Assembly: GCA_001179505.1 (NCBI GenBank)
Contig: CDMY01000303.1
Location: forward strand, 64,460 to 128,459
Direction: 5' to 3'
Source of the DNA: Vitrella brassicaformis CCMP3155
Taxonomy: Eukaryota > Protista > Chromerida
Length of the DNA stretch: 64,000 bases
In this document: piece by piece, positions 59,303 to 64,000 of the stretch
Numbering within the stretch: the first letter of the stretch is position 1
Layout: every line of letters starts with the position of its first letter
The notes under the pieces: model-generated
What the model was told of the DNA's origin: nothing
Databases searched by the model: none
The model's input: the letters and a program-made list of their open reading frames with translations, nothing else
Position numbers and translations under genes: made by a program

Positions 59303-61747
59303 CTATTCTGTGTGGCTTTTCAACTGAAATGTGTAGGAGCCTGCCCTTAGTGTCTTAGGTCCGTGCATACCCTGCGGCACGTGTGTGCTTCTTGATGTGT
59401 TGCCTTATCAGGCATGCGCATTCATACCTGCCCGCTGCATGTTGGGGTGCGCACAGATTGATGAGGGCTGCCTTGCCCTCTTATCTTTCGCCTCTCTGAC
59501 TGACTGTGTGTGTCGTCTCATGGCATGTGTGGACGTATGTGTGCGTACCGCAGTGATGACGTCCATCCATCCATCCATCCATCCACACCTACACACAGAC
59601 ACAGGCAGGGACAGGTGGGAGCGAGGGAGGGAGGGAGGGACTGTTTGATTGAGCGACTGAGTGGCTATGGGCTGTGAGGCTGGCGATGTGTACATGTGGG
59701 GGGCAAGCTGCTTTTTGTGCCGGCCAGCGGATTGGAATTTTGTGTGTGCCATGCTGACTGGCTGACTGTCTGACTGTCTGAGTGTCTGTGTGTGTACGTG
59801 CGTACCGCAGTGCTGGCGGGTACACATCCACACATCCACACATGAGGGACGGGTGAAGGTGACCACACATGCGGTGTGTCCATCTCTTGTTGTATGTTTA
59901 TCTGTGTGTGTAGTAATCGTACGCCTACGTCTGTCTACTCGTCCCCCTCTCTCTCTCGCAAATGATGGCCTTCTCGGCAAATGATGGGACACATTTCTGT
60001 GGGCAGAGAGTCCGGCCGATCAAATCCCATTGCAAACTGACTATCGTGACACTCATGTGAGAACACAAAACAGCAGCAGAGTGACCATACGAGCGCACGC
60101 GAAATTGTGGAACACATTTATATGGGCAGAGATGAGACAAGGATGGCGGGCAGAGAGGGGCGCCATTGTGTGCTCCTCGTCCTCCTTTGCCTCTCCTCGA
60201 TTACTTAGCGCCAAAGTTCGGGAGGGCAACGTGCTGGCCAGAGCATATCATCAGCTAGCCGACGCCTCACTGTGGGCTGCGCGTATGGTGGGGTGCTGGT
60301 TGCTTGACGCTGTATGTGTGTCTTGTCCCGTGGTTTGTGGTTGAGAGAGCGCCTGTGTGGTCGGTCAGTGTCATGTGTGTCTTTTGTCCGCACCGATGGA
60401 TGCACTGAGTGGATGCCCGCACTCCAGCTATTTCGCACGAGACACGATCAAGACGGACAATACTCCCGTCGTCCCTTGCGTATGTGCACCCGGTTTCTTC
60501 AAGCTTTTGATCGAAGCCACTCTAGACGACAACACAGTGGTCCATGTGGCCATCACGTGATATATATTGAAACGTCATAAGCGAATAAAAGGCAGAGGCA
60601 ACACGACACGTCGACACGCAGAGCGTCTGTTGGGTAGGTACTGTTTTGTTTGTGCGTCGCTGGGGAGCGATGCACAGGCAGGGAGGCAGCCACACAGCAC
60701 AACAGAGATGTCAGCATCACATCAATCACATCACACCGGCAGCTATTCTGTGTGGCTTTTCAACTGAAATGTNNNNNNNNNNNNNNNNNNNNNNNNNNNN
60801 NNNNNNNNNNNNNNNNNNNNNNNNNNNNNNNNNNNNNNNNNNNNNNNNNNNNNNNNNNNNNNNNNNNNNNNNNNNNNNNNNNNNNNNNNNNNNNNNNNNN
60901 NNNNNNNNNNNNNNNNNNNNNNNNNNNNNNNNNNNNNNNNNNNNNNNNNNNNNNNNNNNNNNNNNNNNNNNNNNNNNNNNNNNNNNNNNNNNNNNNNNNN
61001 NNNNNNNNNNNNNNNNNNNNNNNNNNNNNNNNNNNNNNNNNNNNNNNNNNNNNNNNNNNNNNNNNNNNNNNNAAACAGCAGCAGAGTGACCATACGAGCG
61101 CACGCGAAATTGTGGAACACATTTATATGGGCAGAGATGAGACAAGGATGGCGGGCAGAGAGGGGCGCCATTGTGTGCTCCTCGTCCTCCTTTGCCTCTC
61201 CTCGATTACTTAGCGCCAAAGTTCGGGAGGGCAACGTGCTGGCCAGAGCATATCATCAGCTAGCCGACGCCTCACTGTGGGCTGCGCGTATGGTGGGGTG
61301 CTGGTTGCTTGACGCTGTATGTGTGTCTTGTCCCGTGGTTTGTGGTTGAGAGAGCGCCTGTGTGGTCGGTCAGTGTCATGTGTGTCTTTTGTCCGCACCG
61401 ATGGATGCACTGAGTGGATGCCCGCACTCCAGCTATTTCGCACGAGACACGATCAAGACGGACAATACTCCCGTCGTCCCTTGCGTATGTGCACCCGGTT
61501 TCTTCAAGCTTTTGATCGAAGCCACTCTAGACGACAACACAGTGGTCCATGTGGCCATCACGTGATATATATTGAAACGTCATAAGCGAATAAAAGGCAG
61601 AGGCAACACGACACGTCGACACGCAGAGCGTCTGTTGGGTAGGTACTGTTTTGTTTGTGCGTCGCTGGGGAGCGATGCACAGGCAGGGAGGCAGCCACAC
61701 AGCACAACAGAGATGTCAGCATCACATCAATCACATCACACCGGCAG
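59303..61747. repeat. Tandem duplication of a 1,440-bp unit (59303-60742) spanning the gap
   Basis: After 60742 the sequence restarts with CTATTCTGTGTGGCTTTTCAACTGAAATGT (= 59303-59332). 61073-61747 repeats 60068-60742. Confidence 0.85.
60773..61072. other. Assembly gap (300 N)
   Basis: N run inside the second tandem unit. Confidence 1.
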
Positions 61748-63810
61748 ACGCCACAAACAAGCTTGAAAGAATCGGCGGCAGACAGGCAGCGCACACACAC
61801 TAACGTCTCTCTCACGCAAACGCCTCTCTGCTCTGCCACACCACACCACACCACACCACACCACTTCGCGTCAGAGGCCCACACCCACCCGCACTCGTGC
61901 ACATGCAGACAGACAGACAGACAGACAGCCATCCGCCACTCATCGGTGAGTGAGTGACACACGAGCATCCCTCCCCTCTCGCCCTCAGCCACTGCCTGTC
62001 TGTGACAGACAAAAGGCCGCTTGACGACAGACAGTGTCGCACACAGGCAGTCAGGCAGGTAGACGGCTACGAAACGAGTGCATGTCATCAAGTACCACGA
62101 TCAGTCAGTCCGCCCCACTCCCACAAGATGATCGATCGGGCTCACTGCCACAAACACAGCCGGAACGCCCACACCACACGACACGACACGACACGACACG
62201 ACACAAGGAAAATTGGCTGCTGCTACTGCTGCTGGGCGGCGAGTTGCTGCTTGGCGGCATCCAGCTCTTCCTGCAGCTGCTTGTTCTTGGCCCGCAGCTG
62301 ATCGTTCTCGGCCTGCAGCTGCTTGTTCTTGGCTTGTTCGGCGGCGAGTTGCTTCTTGGCCGCATCCAGCTGTTCACGCGCCTGATCTCTCTCGGCCTGC
62401 AGCTCATCGAAACGGTTGCGTACATTCTCACACAGCGCTTGGAAGGTCTGTGTGTCGCGCTTGATCTTGGCCTCCAGCGCATCGAAAGCGTTCAGCTATT
62501 TCTGTATCTGATTGGCCTCGGCATTCATCTTGGCCTTCAGCTCAGCTGCAGCTTGGAGAGCTTCTTTCTGTGCAGCGTGTAGGGCCAGGAGAGCTTCTTT
62601 CAGTTGTGGGTCCAAGAATTGGATCAGCTGGTTGAATTGTTGTGTGTCGCTGCCCTGGTCCATCTTCTGGGAGTCGGTGTGATCGAGGGAGGGATGGAAG
62701 CAGCACCTACACACAGTCACCAGAGACACACAGAGAGGTAATCGGTTTCTGACAAGCGGGTGCGCAGCAGTGGCCCTGAGGTGCGGAGTGCTGTCCGAGT
62801 GCAGGTCAGCTCACTTGAGGCACCGAGGGCGTCAGGAGCGGCTGGAAGGCACAGAACGCGACGAAGCCTGAAGTGACAGGCAGGCAGGCAAAAGCATTGA
62901 TGCGGTGGGATGGGTGAGTCTCCTGGTCGTCTGTCCTCTTGAAGATCTGCCTGGCTGCACTCTCACTCCCTGTCCCTCTCACCTTCTGCTTGGTGGGGCG
63001 GGCGGCGAGACCACAAAGATCAAAGCGGCACGATGACCGACGAAGCAGCAAGTTTGACGTGGCTGCACAGCGCGTCAAGGATTGGGATCTGTGTTTCGGC
63101 TATAGCTCGCCGACTGCTCGACGCACCGCAACGCTGAGCAGCGCAGCAGCAACAACACGGACGATGAGCATCTGATCAAGGACAACCACACCAGCCACAG
63201 CGACCAACAGAGTCAGCAATGATCTCATCGTCTGTCTGGTCTGGCTGTCAAGGTGTGGAGGGCGAGGCCGTCCGCCGTGCGGTTCGGTGGTCCTTTTGGC
63301 GTGCCGCGTGACACGACTGAGCAGCAGCAGGGCCATGACCAGCAGGCCGACAGCCAAGGCAACCCAAGGCATTGAGAAGGAGAGACCGGAGACCACCCTG
63401 GCTGGCCCCCATGGATGCGATGCGCCTCTGTGGCATCCGGCGGCTGGTGTGCCATGCATTGGATGCCGTCAGCCCCGACGCTCAGCTCAGCTCAGCTGCA
63501 CTGCTGCGGGAAGACCTCAGCGACTTTTCTCGTCTCAGCTGGTGGGAGCGAGTCGAAGTGCAATTCAGAGCCACAGAGGGGAATGAGCCACGTCGGAGAG
63601 GCCAATGAGATGCTCCAGGGGCCATCAGACAGCAGGGGATGAGCACCAGGTGAGAAGAACACAAGTCAGCACCGACGAAGAATCTCGTGACTGCTTCGGT
63701 TTTGGTTGTGTCTGGCAGGCCCTGGCCTGTCGAGGGAATGACTGCAGCAGAATGCTCATTGAGGTGAATCACCGAGCTAAGCTCGCAAAGCCATCGGGGA
63801 GGGGGAGAAG
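61545..63810. repeat. Segmental duplication unit B (paralog of 56335-57870, with insertions)
   Basis: Direct similarity to unit A; extra sequence at about 61690-62060 and a longer coiled-coil ORF. Confidence 0.9.
62223..62663 (-). pseudogene. Coiled-coil ORF, copy B, with internal in-frame TAG (62496-62498)
   Basis: MDQGSDTQQF..EANQIQK*LNAFDALEAKIKRD..QLDAAKKQLAAEQAKNKQLQAENDQLRAKNKQLQEELDAAKQQLAAQQQ*. The frame stays open for 90 codons after the internal stop. Confidence 0.6.
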
Positions 63811-64000
63811 TGCGAGGTGTGGGGCGAGCACTTCACCAAGGGCATGGACCGGCCGGCAAACATGCCCAGCGGTGTGTGCGTGCGCGACGAGGGGCTGCTG
63901 GTGCTGGGCTGCCCGTTCGGCACGTCGGGTTTATGGAACGGCACTTCGCCAAGGTGCTCAAGAAGACCCAGCACCTTATCGACAATCTGCCTCAGCTGGA
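63808..64000 (+). mobile_element. 5'-truncated, frameshifted non-LTR retrotransposon reverse-transcriptase fragment
   Basis: KCEVW..GLLVLGCPFGTS, then after a 1-nt frameshift FMERHFAKVLKKTQHLIDNLPQL. This matches the RT thumb and post-RT motifs of LINE-like (CRE-type) elements. It begins where unit-B homology ends. Confidence 0.7.

Noticed and set aside
1-64000. TAG-to-Gln genetic code reassignment; prokaryotic features (CRISPR, operons, rRNA/tRNA)
   Set aside because: TAG terminates well-supported genes (2633, 55571), so the code appears standard. No repeat-spacer arrays, tRNA cloverleafs or rRNA signatures were seen by eye.

Overview
Eukaryotic, GC-rich, intron-dense nuclear DNA. The introns are short and full of microsatellites ((TGTC)n, (GATG)n, (GT)n/(AC)n), and several genes carry bipartite plastid-targeting leaders. 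Together these suggest an alga with a complex red plastid, most likely a chromerid such as Vitrella (inference, not verified). I reconstructed about 20 spliced genes or gene remnants by eye: a coiled-coil protein, a conserved algal plastid membrane protein, an SLC35/TPT transporter, an ArfGAP, an F-box/SMI1/ApaG protein, a Cys2/MetX-family acyltransferase, a putative cupin, a ~1,500-aa secreted orphan, linker histone H1, a red-lineage LHC, an arylsulfate sulfotransferase, a GalT/HIT nucleotidyltransferase, a U2AF65-like protein, LIN9/ALY, and a GIY-YIG-like + NFU fusion. The accessory DNA holds three copies of a secreted Cys-rich protein family with a conserved leader and a hypervariable C-terminus, an inverted and a direct segmental duplication, two duplications flanking assembly gaps, a possible DNA-transposon end and a 5'-truncated non-LTR RT fragment. 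There are four 300-N gaps. Exon boundaries are manual and approximate; no database searches were run.
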